Source: an uncultured Christensenellaceae bacterium
GTDB lineage: Bacteria > Bacillota > Clostridia > Christensenellales > UBA3700
Reading direction: 5' to 3'
NCBI GenBank assembly: GCA_963931165.1
Contig: OZ006985.1
Location: 1,365,643-1,429,642, forward strand
DNA: 64,000 nucleotides
Shown here: positions 29,725 through 39,105 of the stretch, in pieces
Layout: every line of letters starts with the position of its first letter
Position numbering within the stretch: the first letter of the stretch is position 1
The notes under the pieces: generated by a model
What the model was told of the DNA's origin: nothing
Database searches by the model: none
What the model saw: only the letters and a program-made list of their open reading frames with translations
Made by a program: the position numbers and the translations under genes

Positions 29725-30417
29725 ATGAAAGTTTTTGCGATCAGCGACCTGCATCTCGACAGCACCCTGTCAAAGCCGATGGACATTTTCGGCCCCGGCT
29801 GGGAAGGGCATTGGGACAAGATACGCGACGATTGGCGCTCCAAGGTGGGCGCCGACGACGTCGTCTTGCTTGCCGGCGATCTCTCGTGGGCAATGTCGCT
29901 GGACGAGGCTTTGCCCGACATCGCCGAGGTGGGGGAGCTGCCCGGTGTCAAGTTTATCTTGCGAGGCAACCACGACTATTGGTGGAGCGCGATCGGCAAG
30001 GTCAGACAGTCGTTGCCCGAAGGGATGCATGCCGTTCAAAACGACTGCATACGCTGCGGCAAGCTGCTTGTCTGCGGCAGCCGCCTTTGGACGATCGGCT
30101 CTTCGGCGGAAGAGGACGTCAAGATCGCCGAAAGGGAGTTTTTGCGCCTAACGCTCAGTCTCGACGCGATGCGCAAGATGAGGGAAGAGGGCGACAAAGT
30201 GGTCGTGATGACCCACTATCCGCCGTTCGACGCGACATTTGCGGACAATCGCTTTACAGACTTGATCGCTACTTATGCGCCCGACGCGGTCGTGTACGGG
30301 CATCTGCACGGCAAAGACGCACGCGCGCGCCTCGTCGTAGACAAAAGGGGGATACCTTACTACCTGACTTCGTGCGATCTTGTCGGCAACAAATTGGTGG
30401 ACATACTCGAGGTTTGA
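29725..30417 (+). CDS. metallophosphoesterase (calcineurin-like)
   Basis: MKVFAISDLHLD, LLAGDLSWA, RGNHDYWW, GHLHG motifs. Start set at ATG 29725. Confidence 0.85.
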   Translation: MKVFAISDLHLDSTLSKPMDIFGPGWEGHWDKIRDDWRSKVGADDVVLLAGDLSWAMSLDEALPDIAEVGELPGVKFILRGNHDYWWSAIGKVRQSLPEGMHAVQNDCIRCGKLLVCGSRLWTIGSSAEEDVKIAEREFLRLTLSLDAMRKMREEGDKVVVMTHYPPFDATFADNRFTDLIATYAPDAVVYGHLHGKDARARLVVDKRGIPYYLTSCDLVGNKLVDILEV

Positions 30418-30450
30418 CGGCGTATATTATCGAAAAAATACAAACTGTCG

Positions 30451-30479
30451 CGGAGCGCGGATGCGCTCCGTTTTGTTTT
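30451..30479 (+). terminator. terminator after the metallophosphoesterase gene
   Basis: CGGAGCGC-GGAT-GCGCTCCG followed by TTTTGTTTT. Confidence 0.8.
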
Positions 30480-30900
30480 AACGGTCTTCGATCGCGCACG
30501 GCAGGGACGGCGTACCTCGGCAAACGCCGGCGGCTTCATGAGGTCGCTTTTGTGTTCGAGATTTTTTCAAAGTATGCACATATGCGCAGGGAAGACTATC
30601 CCCGGCAGAAGGGCAGGCTGCCGGACCACGAACGTTTGAGGGCGCGGACGGGTGCTTTTATATGTACGGGCGCTGTTCGCGCGAACGGAATGAGCGCACC
30701 GGGCAGGGACAGCTTTCCCCGGGGTGGAGCAGAGGCGGCTGCGGCGGGTGTGTTTTGATGCAGTTTCGTGCGCAAAACAGGGAAGAGGTCGCGCGCTTGG
30801 GCGTTTGTTGTCCGCCGAGCGGCAAAAAGAGGGAATATTTGATGACCATAAGGCATATACGAGCCGGCTGAACGCGAAATTTCAAAAAATATAGGGAGAG

Positions 30901-30930
30901 TTTTCCACAGCTTTCTCCACTTTATCCACA
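30901..30930 (+). promoter_or_regulatory. cluster of three DnaA-box-like 9-mers
   Basis: TTTTCCACA (30901-30909), TTCTCCACT (30913-30921) and a perfect TTATCCACA (30922-30930), all in the same orientation, followed by an AT-rich tract. Confidence 0.4.
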
Positions 30931-31071
30931 ATCGCCGATTTTCGGTTAATTTTTATTATTTTCCATTAAATAAAAAGTTTTACGCACGCGAGACGCCGCA
31001 TTTTCGCCGATGTTGCGTGTAGCCAAAAAAGTGCGATGAAATAAGGAATATGAACAAGTGTTTGCTTTTTC

Positions 31072-31095
31072 GTGGAAAAAATTGGAAATTTGTGG
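31072..31095 (+). promoter_or_regulatory. MraZ operator-like triple repeat
   Basis: GTGG (31072), TTGG (31082) and GTGG (31092) at exact 10-nt spacing, abutting the -35 box. This is the architecture reported for MraZ boxes. Confidence 0.6.
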
Positions 31096-31124
31096 TTGAC
31101 ATAAACGGTAACCTATTGTACAAT
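31096..31124 (+). promoter_or_regulatory. Pmra sigma-A promoter of the dcw cluster
   Basis: -35 TTGACA (31096-31101), 17 nt, -10 TACAAT (31119-31124). AAGGAGG RBS at 31141. Confidence 0.7.
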
Positions 31125-31156
31125 AGAGGTACGAACGAACAAGGAGGCACAATTCG

Positions 31157-31606
31157 ATGGTACTCGGCGGCACAGTCGATCTTCAAATCGATGACAAGGG
31201 CAGGATCCGGATCCCCGGCAAATTCCGTCCCTTCTTTGCCGACTGCAAGCAGATATTCTTGCAGAAGGGCAATGGCTGCCTCGAACTCATCAAGGACTCC
31301 AAGTACAACGAGGTGATGGGCAAGCTGTCCTCCGTCTCGATGATGGGAGGCGGTCCGCTGTATGAGGCGTTCGTTCTCTATTCTTCGTCGACGTCCGCGA
31401 TCAACGAGGACTCGCAGGGCAGGTTCACCATCCCCGCGGCGATGAAGGAGTTCGCTCACATCGCCAAAGACGTGAGGTTTGTCGGTCTGTTCGACAGGTT
31501 GCAGATCTGGGACAGAGACACGTTCGTCTCGAGGTTCGAGCAGAGCGGCGACAGCTACAACAAGGCTCTTGCCGAGATAGACAAGCTGCTCAACGGTCAT
31601 GACTGA
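31157..31606 (+). CDS. mraZ: transcriptional regulator MraZ
   Basis: LQIDDKGRIRIPGKFR and GRFTIPAAMKEF (two SpoVT/AbrB-like halves). Confidence 0.95.
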   Translation: MVLGGTVDLQIDDKGRIRIPGKFRPFFADCKQIFLQKGNGCLELIKDSKYNEVMGKLSSVSMMGGGPLYEAFVLYSSSTSAINEDSQGRFTIPAAMKEFAHIAKDVRFVGLFDRLQIWDRDTFVSRFEQSGDSYNKALAEIDKLLNGHD

Positions 31607-32540
31607 GTTCGCCCACATCCCGGTGATGCTCCGCGAATGTATCGAGGGGCTGGCGATCAAGGGTGACGGGATATATGTCGACTGTACGCTGGGAGGCGCG
31701 GGACACAGCTTGGAGATAGCGTCGAGATTGACGACGGGCAAGCTGATCGCCTTCGACAAGGACGCGGATGCGATCGCGTTCGCAAAGCAGAGGCTGGCGC
31801 CGTACGCGGAGAGGGTGACTCTTCTCAAAGACGACTTCAAGCGGGCGCCGAGCAGGCTCAAAGACGCAGGGATAACGCAGCTTGACGGAGTGCTGATGGA
31901 CTTGGGGGTGTCGTCCTATCAGCTGGACAGTGCGGAGAGAGGGTTTTCGTACAACGCGGACGCGCCTCTCGACATGAGGATGGACAAGGATCAATACCTG
32001 ACGGCGTTCAACGTCGTCAACGAATACCCCGAGCAGCGGCTTGCGGACATCATCTTCGAATACGGAGAAGAGAGGTACGCGAGGCGGATAGCGAGGGAGA
32101 TCGTCAAGGTGAGACAGACCGAGACGATAGCGACAACGGCGCAACTTGCAGAGATAACGGAAAGGTGCTATCCGCCCAAGGAGAGAAAGGGCAGAGCGAG
32201 CACTTGCAAAAGGACCTTTCAGGCGATAAGGATCGAGGTCAACGGCGAGCTCGACGGCTTGAAAGAGACGATCGAACAATTGGCATTGATGCTGAGACCG
32301 GGCGGAAGGATATGCGTGATATCGTTCCATTCGCTCGAAGACAGGGCGGTCAAGACGGCGTTCAAATTTCTCGAAGCCGACTGCATATGTCCGCCGAGGC
32401 AGCCGATATGCACATGCGGCAAGAAGAGAGAGGTCAAGATCTTGACAAAAAAACCTCTTGTCGCAAGCGAAGAAGAGAGAGAAAGCAATTCGCGCTCACA
32501 GAGCGCAAAACTCAGGATCGCGGAGAGGATCCGAGCATAG
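31599..32540 (+). CDS. rsmH: 16S rRNA (cytosine1402-N4)-methyltransferase
   Basis: HIPVMLRECIEGL, DCTLGGAGHS, DLGVSSYQLD. Confidence 0.95.
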   Translation: MTEFAHIPVMLRECIEGLAIKGDGIYVDCTLGGAGHSLEIASRLTTGKLIAFDKDADAIAFAKQRLAPYAERVTLLKDDFKRAPSRLKDAGITQLDGVLMDLGVSSYQLDSAERGFSYNADAPLDMRMDKDQYLTAFNVVNEYPEQRLADIIFEYGEERYARRIAREIVKVRQTETIATTAQLAEITERCYPPKERKGRASTCKRTFQAIRIEVNGELDGLKETIEQLALMLRPGGRICVISFHSLEDRAVKTAFKFLEADCICPPRQPICTCGKKREVKILTKKPLVASEEERESNSRSQSAKLRIAERIRA

Positions 32541-32558
32541 GAAGAAGGAGAGAGCCAT

Positions 32559-33203
32559 ATGAATATCTTGAAGGAAAGAGAGAGAGTCGACGAGCGGAAC
32601 GATTACGACTTCCGCACGGACTATTATGCCGCAAGACGCGAGGACGCGGTCGAGAGATCGATGCGCGATCGCGGATATGACGATCTTCGCACCGACTATG
32701 CCCGCCGCGACGACTATGACCGCCGCGACCGTTCCGACCGTCGTTACGACTTCGCTGACACGGGCATGCGCCGCGAAAGTGACGTGCGTGAGCGCGAGTA
32801 CGAGGACTATACCGCGCCGCGTTACGACTATCGTGACTACTATCGCTCGGACTACGACGACGAATATCGCTACGAGCAGAGGAGTTCTTTCGAGCCGATC
32901 GAATTTTCCGCTCCCGCTCCGGCAAAGAAGACGGTGCGCCACGCAAGATCCAAGTTTTTGATCGCTGTCTACTTTTTGCTGGTCGCGCTGATCGCGTCGC
33001 TGGTCATCACCAACGTGGTGATGTTCAACGAAGAGCCGATCGTCGAGGCGGAGAGCGCGGCGGAGCCCAACGACGAAGCTGTCTTTTCGGCGCTCACCGA
33101 GGACGGAACGACCGAGAGTCTGACGACCGACAGGCTCACGGGCTACAACTACGACACGACGACCAATTGGTTCGACGAGTTCTGCGACATGTTGTCGCGG
33201 TGA
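32559..33203 (+). CDS. FtsL-position bitopic membrane protein with R/D/Y-rich N-terminal tail
   Basis: Sits between rsmH and the PBP gene. Single TM FLIAVYFLLVALIASLVITNVVMF preceded by ~125 aa of RDDYDRRDRSDRRYD-type low complexity. Confidence 0.6.
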   Translation: MNILKERERVDERNDYDFRTDYYAARREDAVERSMRDRGYDDLRTDYARRDDYDRRDRSDRRYDFADTGMRRESDVREREYEDYTAPRYDYRDYYRSDYDDEYRYEQRSSFEPIEFSAPAPAKKTVRHARSKFLIAVYFLLVALIASLVITNVVMFNEEPIVEAESAAEPNDEAVFSALTEDGTTESLTTDRLTGYNYDTTTNWFDEFCDMLSR

Positions 33204-33279
33204 CGCATACATCGCAAGCGAAGTATGCTTGATTGATCGATTATACCAAGCGTAAGCGCCTTCGGTCACGGAGGTAGCC

Positions 33280-35175
33280 ATGCGCAATATTTCCCACATC
33301 ACACTGAAAGGAAGGCTATCTGCGGCAATGCTGCTGATAGCCCTTCTTTTTTGCGCCCTTTCGGGCAGATTGTTCTATTTGCAGGCGATAGAGGGCGAGA
33401 GTTTGACAGACAGGGCGTTCGGGCAGTGGACGCGCGGACTTCCGATGCGCGCCGCAAGAGGCGAGATCGTCACTTCTGACGGAGTGACTTTGGCTTCGTC
33501 GTATGACGTGTTCACCGTCTATGTCCGTCCCGTCGAGACGGAAAACGTCGAAGAGACGGCGCGCGCGATCGCCGAGACTTGCGGAGCGGAGTACGAGCGC
33601 ATTTTGGCAAAGATAGACAAGACGGGAGTGTCCGAAGTGCGCGCCTTGACGGGCGCGAGCGAGGCACAGGCGCTTGCATTGAGGTCGAAAGGCATAGCGG
33701 GCGTATATGTCGTCGCGGACAGCGCGCGTTATTACGACATGGGCAATTTCGCCACACAATTGCTGGGTTTTGTCAATGCGGACGGCGTCGGACAGAGCGG
33801 CGTCGAGATGTATTACGATCGCTATCTCAAAGGGACGGACGGCGAGGCGTACACCGAGACGGACCTGATCGGCGACAAGCTGGAAGGTTCGCACACTTCA
33901 TATCTGTCGCCGATCGACGGGGCGACGCTGACGTTGACGATCGATTTCACTTTGCAGAGCCTTGCCGAAAAGGCGGTGCGTGACGCGGTCGAAAAGTATT
34001 CTCCGCTGTCGGCGAGCTGTCTGATGATGGACGCGGACACGGGCGAGATCTTGGCGATGGCGGGCGCGCCGACATACGATCTCAACGACCTGCCGCGAGA
34101 CGATCTCGCGCTGTTGTTGCAAGGGGCGAAAAACACTTTGGTCGTCGACGTCTACGAGCCGGGCTCGACGTTCAAGATACTGACCGCGGCGATGGGGATC
34201 GAGGAGGGGCTGATCCGCGATTCGTACTATTGCCCCGGCTATCGCGTCGTCGACGGCACGCGGATACGCTGTTGGCGGAGCATAGGGCACGGCAGTCAGG
34301 ACTTTGCTCACGGCATCATGAACTCGTGCAACTGCGTGTTCATGGACATCGCGCTGAGCGCGGGGACGGAGACGACGTACGACTATCTCGAAAAGTTCGG
34401 GGTTGGTTCGCGCACGGGCGTCGATCTGCCCGGCGAGGGCGCGGGGATACTGCTGTCCGAGGAGTCGGTCAAGTCGGTCGATCTGGCGAGGATAGGCTTT
34501 GGGCAGGCGGTCGCGGCTACGCCGATAGGGCTTGCGACGGCGGTGTGTTCGGTGCTCAACGGCGGCAAATTGCTCACGCCGTATGTTCTGTCGTCGGTGA
34601 CGACCGCTGACGGCGCGCACGCTCTCGACAATTCGCCGACGATCAAAGGGGCGACTGTGTCCGAGACGACTTCGGCGAAGATGAAAGAATATCTCTATTC
34701 GGTCGTCGAGGAAGGTGGCGGCAAAAACGCGTATGTGCCCGGCTATCGCGTCGGCGGCAAGACGGGCACCGCGCAGAAATACGAAAACGGCTCGATCGCA
34801 CGCGGCAAGTACGTCTCGTCCTTTGTCGGGTTCACCGAGCTCGGCGGTCGCACCGTCGTGTGTCTGTTCAAGGTGGACGAGCCGCAGGGGTACGTCTATT
34901 ACGGCAGCATAGTCGCCGCGCCGTATGTGGGGCGCATCTTTTCGGGCGCGTTCGCGGCGTTCGGGGTCGAGCCGGACTATGCAGAAAACGAGATCCCCGC
35001 GACCGCCGAGATGCCGAGGCTTTTCGGGCTGTCGCTGACGCAGGCGGCGTCCGCAGTCAAAGCGGCGGGGCTTCAATACGAGTTTTCGGGCGATGGGGAG
35101 AGCGTGATCTCGCAATTCCCTGTCGAGGGCACGAGCCTGTACGAGGGCGCGGTCATACACTTCGAGCTGGGCTGA
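33280..35175 (+). CDS. class B penicillin-binding protein (FtsI/SpoVD type) with C-terminal PASTA
   Basis: PGSTFKI (SxxK), NSCN (SxN), GGKTGTA (KTG). PASTA-like MPRLFGLSLTQAASAVKAAGLQYEF. Confidence 0.9.
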   Translation: MRNISHITLKGRLSAAMLLIALLFCALSGRLFYLQAIEGESLTDRAFGQWTRGLPMRAARGEIVTSDGVTLASSYDVFTVYVRPVETENVEETARAIAETCGAEYERILAKIDKTGVSEVRALTGASEAQALALRSKGIAGVYVVADSARYYDMGNFATQLLGFVNADGVGQSGVEMYYDRYLKGTDGEAYTETDLIGDKLEGSHTSYLSPIDGATLTLTIDFTLQSLAEKAVRDAVEKYSPLSASCLMMDADTGEILAMAGAPTYDLNDLPRDDLALLLQGAKNTLVVDVYEPGSTFKILTAAMGIEEGLIRDSYYCPGYRVVDGTRIRCWRSIGHGSQDFAHGIMNSCNCVFMDIALSAGTETTYDYLEKFGVGSRTGVDLPGEGAGILLSEESVKSVDLARIGFGQAVAATPIGLATAVCSVLNGGKLLTPYVLSSVTTADGAHALDNSPTIKGATVSETTSAKMKEYLYSVVEEGGGKNAYVPGYRVGGKTGTAQKYENGSIARGKYVSSFVGFTELGGRTVVCLFKVDEPQGYVYYGSIVAAPYVGRIFSGAFAAFGVEPDYAENEIPATAEMPRLFGLSLTQAASAVKAAGLQYEFSGDGESVISQFPVEGTSLYEGAVIHFELG

Positions 35176-35330
35176 AAATCGCCGCTTTTCGCAAAATTAC
35201 GCGCTCGGTCGCGCGCAAGCCGGCAGTGCGGCGGTGCGAAAATGCGCAAATAGGCGCGAAGTCGGTCGAAGATCGCCTTTGCGCGCCGCTCAACGCCGCG
35301 AGGGTCTAAAATTACGAGGCAGGAGGAATT

Positions 35331-36770
35331 ATGCTGCTGAGCGAAGTTTTGAAGGGCGCGGGCGCGAAGTCGCCGCGCGTCGATGTCGAGATCACCGGCA
35401 TATCGTTCAAGCCGGACGAGGTGAAGCGGGGAGACCTGTTCGTCAGTTTGCACGAGGGGAGCGCGGCGCAAGAATGCGCCGAGGCAAAGAGGCGGGGCGC
35501 GGCTGCGATGCTTGCACCCGCCGACGTCGACTGCGGAGCGCCGTGCGCGGTCGCCGAGGACGTCAGATATTCGTTCGCGATCGCGTCGCGCAACCTGTAC
35601 GGCGATGCGGCGCGGGGCTTGAAGATCGTCACCGTTGTCGGTACGGACGGCAAGTCGACGACCGCCTATCTCATCCGCGAGATCTTGGAGAGGTGCGGGA
35701 TGCGCGCAGCTTTGATAGGGACGATGTACAACGAATACGGCGGTACGAGGAGCGAGTCGACGCTCACCACCCCCGATCCGCCGCAGCTGCACGAGCTGTT
35801 CGCGCGCTACGCCGCCGAGGGCGCGGAGTATGTCGTCATGGAGCTTTCGGCGCACGCGATCTATTACCGCAAGCTCGCGGGAGTGCGCGCCGAAGCGGCG
35901 GTGTTCACTAACTTGGGACGCGACCATCTCGACTTTTTTGCGGACGAAGAGATCTATCGCCGCACAAAGAAGAGCTGGTTCGATTTCGCCAACTGCAAGT
36001 GCGCGGTGATCAACGCCGACGACGCGTGCGGAGCGCAGATGATCGCCGAGGGCAAGCTGCCGTCGATCAGTTACGGGCTGGACAGTCCCTGCGACGCGTT
36101 TGCGGTCAACTGTGAGCGCACGCCGCGCGGCACGTCGTTCGTCATCAACATGATGGACGAGCTGATCTATGCCGACACGAGGCTGTTCGGACGATTCAAT
36201 GTGCTCAACTGTCTCGCCGCATGCTGCACCGCGCGGCTGATGGGCGCGTCGGTCTCGGGGATAGAGGCGGCGCTGCCGGAGATCGCGCCTCCGCCGGGCA
36301 GATACAACGTCGTCTCGCGCGGCGGCGTCGATTATGTCATTGACTTTGCGCACACGCCGGGCGGACTTCGCAACATTTTGACCGAGGCGCGAAGGGGCGC
36401 GAAGGGCAGGCTGATCTGCGTGTTCGGCTGCGGAGGAGACCGCGACAGAGGCAAGCGTCCCGAGATGGGCGCGGCCGCGGCGCGGCTGGCGGACGAAGTG
36501 ATCGTCACGTCGGACAATCCGCGCTTTGAGGACAGGGCGGCGATCGCCGAGGACATACTTTCGGGCGTTCCCGAGGGCAGTGACGTCACGGTGATACTCG
36601 ACAGGGCGACCGCGATCAAGAGCGCGGTATCGAGGGCGGAGAGAGGCGACGTCGTGGTGATAGCGGGCAAGGGCGACGAAAGCTACATCGACGAGCTCGG
36701 GGTGAAGACGGACTACGACGATCTGTCCGCGCTTCAAGCGGCGTTCGAGGCAAAGAGGCAGGCGGGATGA
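35331..36770 (+). CDS. murE: UDP-N-acetylmuramoyl-L-alanyl-D-glutamate--2,6-diaminopimelate ligase
   Basis: GTDGKSTT P-loop, DFAHTPGGL, GCGGDRDRGKRP, TSDNPRFED (DNPR, DAP-type). Confidence 0.9.
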   Translation: MLLSEVLKGAGAKSPRVDVEITGISFKPDEVKRGDLFVSLHEGSAAQECAEAKRRGAAAMLAPADVDCGAPCAVAEDVRYSFAIASRNLYGDAARGLKIVTVVGTDGKSTTAYLIREILERCGMRAALIGTMYNEYGGTRSESTLTTPDPPQLHELFARYAAEGAEYVVMELSAHAIYYRKLAGVRAEAAVFTNLGRDHLDFFADEEIYRRTKKSWFDFANCKCAVINADDACGAQMIAEGKLPSISYGLDSPCDAFAVNCERTPRGTSFVINMMDELIYADTRLFGRFNVLNCLAACCTARLMGASVSGIEAALPEIAPPPGRYNVVSRGGVDYVIDFAHTPGGLRNILTEARRGAKGRLICVFGCGGDRDRGKRPEMGAAAARLADEVIVTSDNPRFEDRAAIAEDILSGVPEGSDVTVILDRATAIKSAVSRAERGDVVVIAGKGDESYIDELGVKTDYDDLSALQAAFEAKRQAG

Positions 36771-37738
36771 GCGAAGACGCATTGCTTATCGTCGCCGCGC
36801 TGACCGCTTTCGCGCTGTCCGCGCTTTTGTCCGCGGCGGTCTTGCCCGTGCTCAAAAAGCTCAAAGCGGGGCAGACGGTGCTCGGCTATGTCGAAAAACA
36901 CGCGGCAAAGAGCGGCACGCCGACGATGGGCGGCACGGCGTTCGTACTTGCCGCGGCGGTCGTGACGTTCGCGTTTTGCCGCACGCACGTCGCGAGGGTC
37001 GCCGCCGGCGCGATGCTGGGATATGGGCTGATAGGTTTTCTCGACGACCTGATCAAGGTCGTATTCAAGCGCAATTTGGGGCTGAAAGCCTACCAAAAGA
37101 TAGTCGGACAAGCCGGCGTGACCGCGATCTTGGTCGCGTACGGCTACCGCGTCGACGGCGGCACGATCGTCCACATCCCGTTTTTCGGTGCGGACGTCGA
37201 TCTGGGCGCATGGTACATCCCGCTTGCCGCTTTCGCATACGTCGGCACGGTCAACTCGGTCAATCTCACCGACGGGCTGGACGGTCTCGCCGCAGGCACG
37301 GGCACTGTGTATTTCGCCGTAATGGGCGTGATCTGCACGATGACTGCGGCGACGACGGCTGCGGACGGCGATCTTGCGTTGATGTCATTTGTGCTTGCGG
37401 GCGCGCTGACGGCATTTTTGTGGTTCAATTCCCATCCGGCTCGGATGTTCATGGGCGATACGGGGTCGCTCGCGCTGGGCGGCGCGGCGGCGACGGTCGC
37501 GATCTTGTCGCACAACGTGTTTTTGATCCCGCTGATCGGCATAATGTACGTCGTGTCCGGCATATCCGTAATAGTGCAGGTGGCGAGTTTCAAATTGACG
37601 GGCAAGCGCGTATTCGCGATGGCGCCGTTTCACCATCACCTGGAATACAGAGGAGTCAAGGAGAGCAAGATCGTCGCCCAGTACACGATCGTCACCGCTG
37701 TTGCGGGTGCGGTCGCGCTGCTTGCGGCGGCGATATGA
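36767..37738 (+). CDS. mraY: phospho-N-acetylmuramoyl-pentapeptide transferase
   Basis: ATGA overlap with murE. GTPTMGG, NLTDGLDGLA, MGDTGSLALGG, APFHHHLE. Confidence 0.95.
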   Translation: MSEDALLIVAALTAFALSALLSAAVLPVLKKLKAGQTVLGYVEKHAAKSGTPTMGGTAFVLAAAVVTFAFCRTHVARVAAGAMLGYGLIGFLDDLIKVVFKRNLGLKAYQKIVGQAGVTAILVAYGYRVDGGTIVHIPFFGADVDLGAWYIPLAAFAYVGTVNSVNLTDGLDGLAAGTGTVYFAVMGVICTMTAATTAADGDLALMSFVLAGALTAFLWFNSHPARMFMGDTGSLALGGAAATVAILSHNVFLIPLIGIMYVVSGISVIVQVASFKLTGKRVFAMAPFHHHLEYRGVKESKIVAQYTIVTAVAGAVALLAAAI

Positions 37739-39105
37739 CGGGAGCTATGAGCGGACTTACGAGACAGGACATTGCAAAGGCGTTGGGGACAAGCGTCCCC
37801 GAGGGCGGACGCGCGCTGATCGTCGGCGCCGGCGCGAGCGGCGAAGCGGCGGCGAAACTGCTGCGTGCGTCGGGCGTAGAGTGCGCGCTCTATGACGACG
37901 GCGCGCATGCCGGGTGGAGCGACGACAGGAGCGGACTCGACTTCGACGGCGTCGCGGACGGTATAGCTTTCGCGGTCGCGAGCCCGTCCGTTCCGTATTC
38001 TCATCCTTTGCTGACCGCGCTTCGAAAGAGGGGAGTTTCGGTGTTTTCGGAGTTGCAGCTTGCCGCCGCGGTCTGTCCTGCGCGGAAGATCGCGGTCAGC
38101 GGGACCAACGGCAAGACGACCACGGTGTCTCTGATCGAGCACATCTTGCGTGCAGCAGGAGTCAATGCGCGCGCCTTGGGCAACATAGGGGTGCCGTTTT
38201 CGGCGGAGGGGGCGGACATGCCGAGTTTCGGCGTCGCGGTCGTCGAGGTGTCCAGCTTTATGCTCGAATACGGCGGCATAGGCTCGGACATCGCCGTCCT
38301 TCTCAACGTCACGCCCGATCATCTGGACAGGCACGGGAGTTTTGCCGAATATGCGCGCGTCAAAGCGCGGCTGTTCGAGGCTCAGAGCGGAGGAGATCGG
38401 GCGGTGTTCAACGCCGACGACGCGATCGCAGCCGCGATAGCGGGCAAGGTCGCGGCGAGGGCGTATTACTTTTCGACTCGAGGGAGGTGCCGCGGCGCGT
38501 ACGTCGACGGAGCGGACATCTTCTTCGACGACGGCGACGGAGCAAAGCGGGTATGCGGGCTGGACTGCGTCAAGCTGGTCGGAGAGCACAATCTCGCCGA
38601 TTGTCTCGCTGCGGTCGCGGCATGCAAACTGTATGGGACGGGCGACGAGGCGATCGCACGCGGCTTGTCGACTTTTCACGCTCCCAAATATCGGCTCGAA
38701 CATCTTTGCGACTATCGCGGGACGTCGATCTACAACGATTCCAAGTCGACCAACATCGACTGTACGATAAGTGCGTGCGAGGCGATGAGAGGAACGACTT
38801 GCCTGATAGTCGGCGGCTACGACAAGCGGCTGTCCTATCACAACTTCTTTTCGCGGCTGCCGTCGGGGGTCAGGTACGTCATATGCTGCGGCGACAACAG
38901 TTCGAGCATCCTCGAATGTGCGCCCGAGAACGACGAGAGGGAGCTGTACCGCACCGCGACGCTCGAGAGAGCGGTGATGCTCGGCTTGTCGTTCGGAGCG
39001 GACAATCTGTTGTTTTCGCCGTCGACGTCGAGCTATGACGCCTACCGCAACTTCGAGGAGAGGGGGCGGCACTTCGAACAGACGGTGAGGACGTTTTGCG
39101 CCTGA
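37735..39105 (+). CDS. murD: UDP-N-acetylmuramoylalanine--D-glutamate ligase
   Basis: ATGA overlap with mraY. GAGASG Rossmann, GTNGKTTT P-loop. The in-frame ORF-track extension back to 36976 overlaps mraY and is rejected. Confidence 0.9.
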   Translation: MTGAMSGLTRQDIAKALGTSVPEGGRALIVGAGASGEAAAKLLRASGVECALYDDGAHAGWSDDRSGLDFDGVADGIAFAVASPSVPYSHPLLTALRKRGVSVFSELQLAAAVCPARKIAVSGTNGKTTTVSLIEHILRAAGVNARALGNIGVPFSAEGADMPSFGVAVVEVSSFMLEYGGIGSDIAVLLNVTPDHLDRHGSFAEYARVKARLFEAQSGGDRAVFNADDAIAAAIAGKVAARAYYFSTRGRCRGAYVDGADIFFDDGDGAKRVCGLDCVKLVGEHNLADCLAAVAACKLYGTGDEAIARGLSTFHAPKYRLEHLCDYRGTSIYNDSKSTNIDCTISACEAMRGTTCLIVGGYDKRLSYHNFFSRLPSGVRYVICCGDNSSSILECAPENDERELYRTATLERAVMLGLSFGADNLLFSPSTSSYDAYRNFEERGRHFEQTVRTFCA

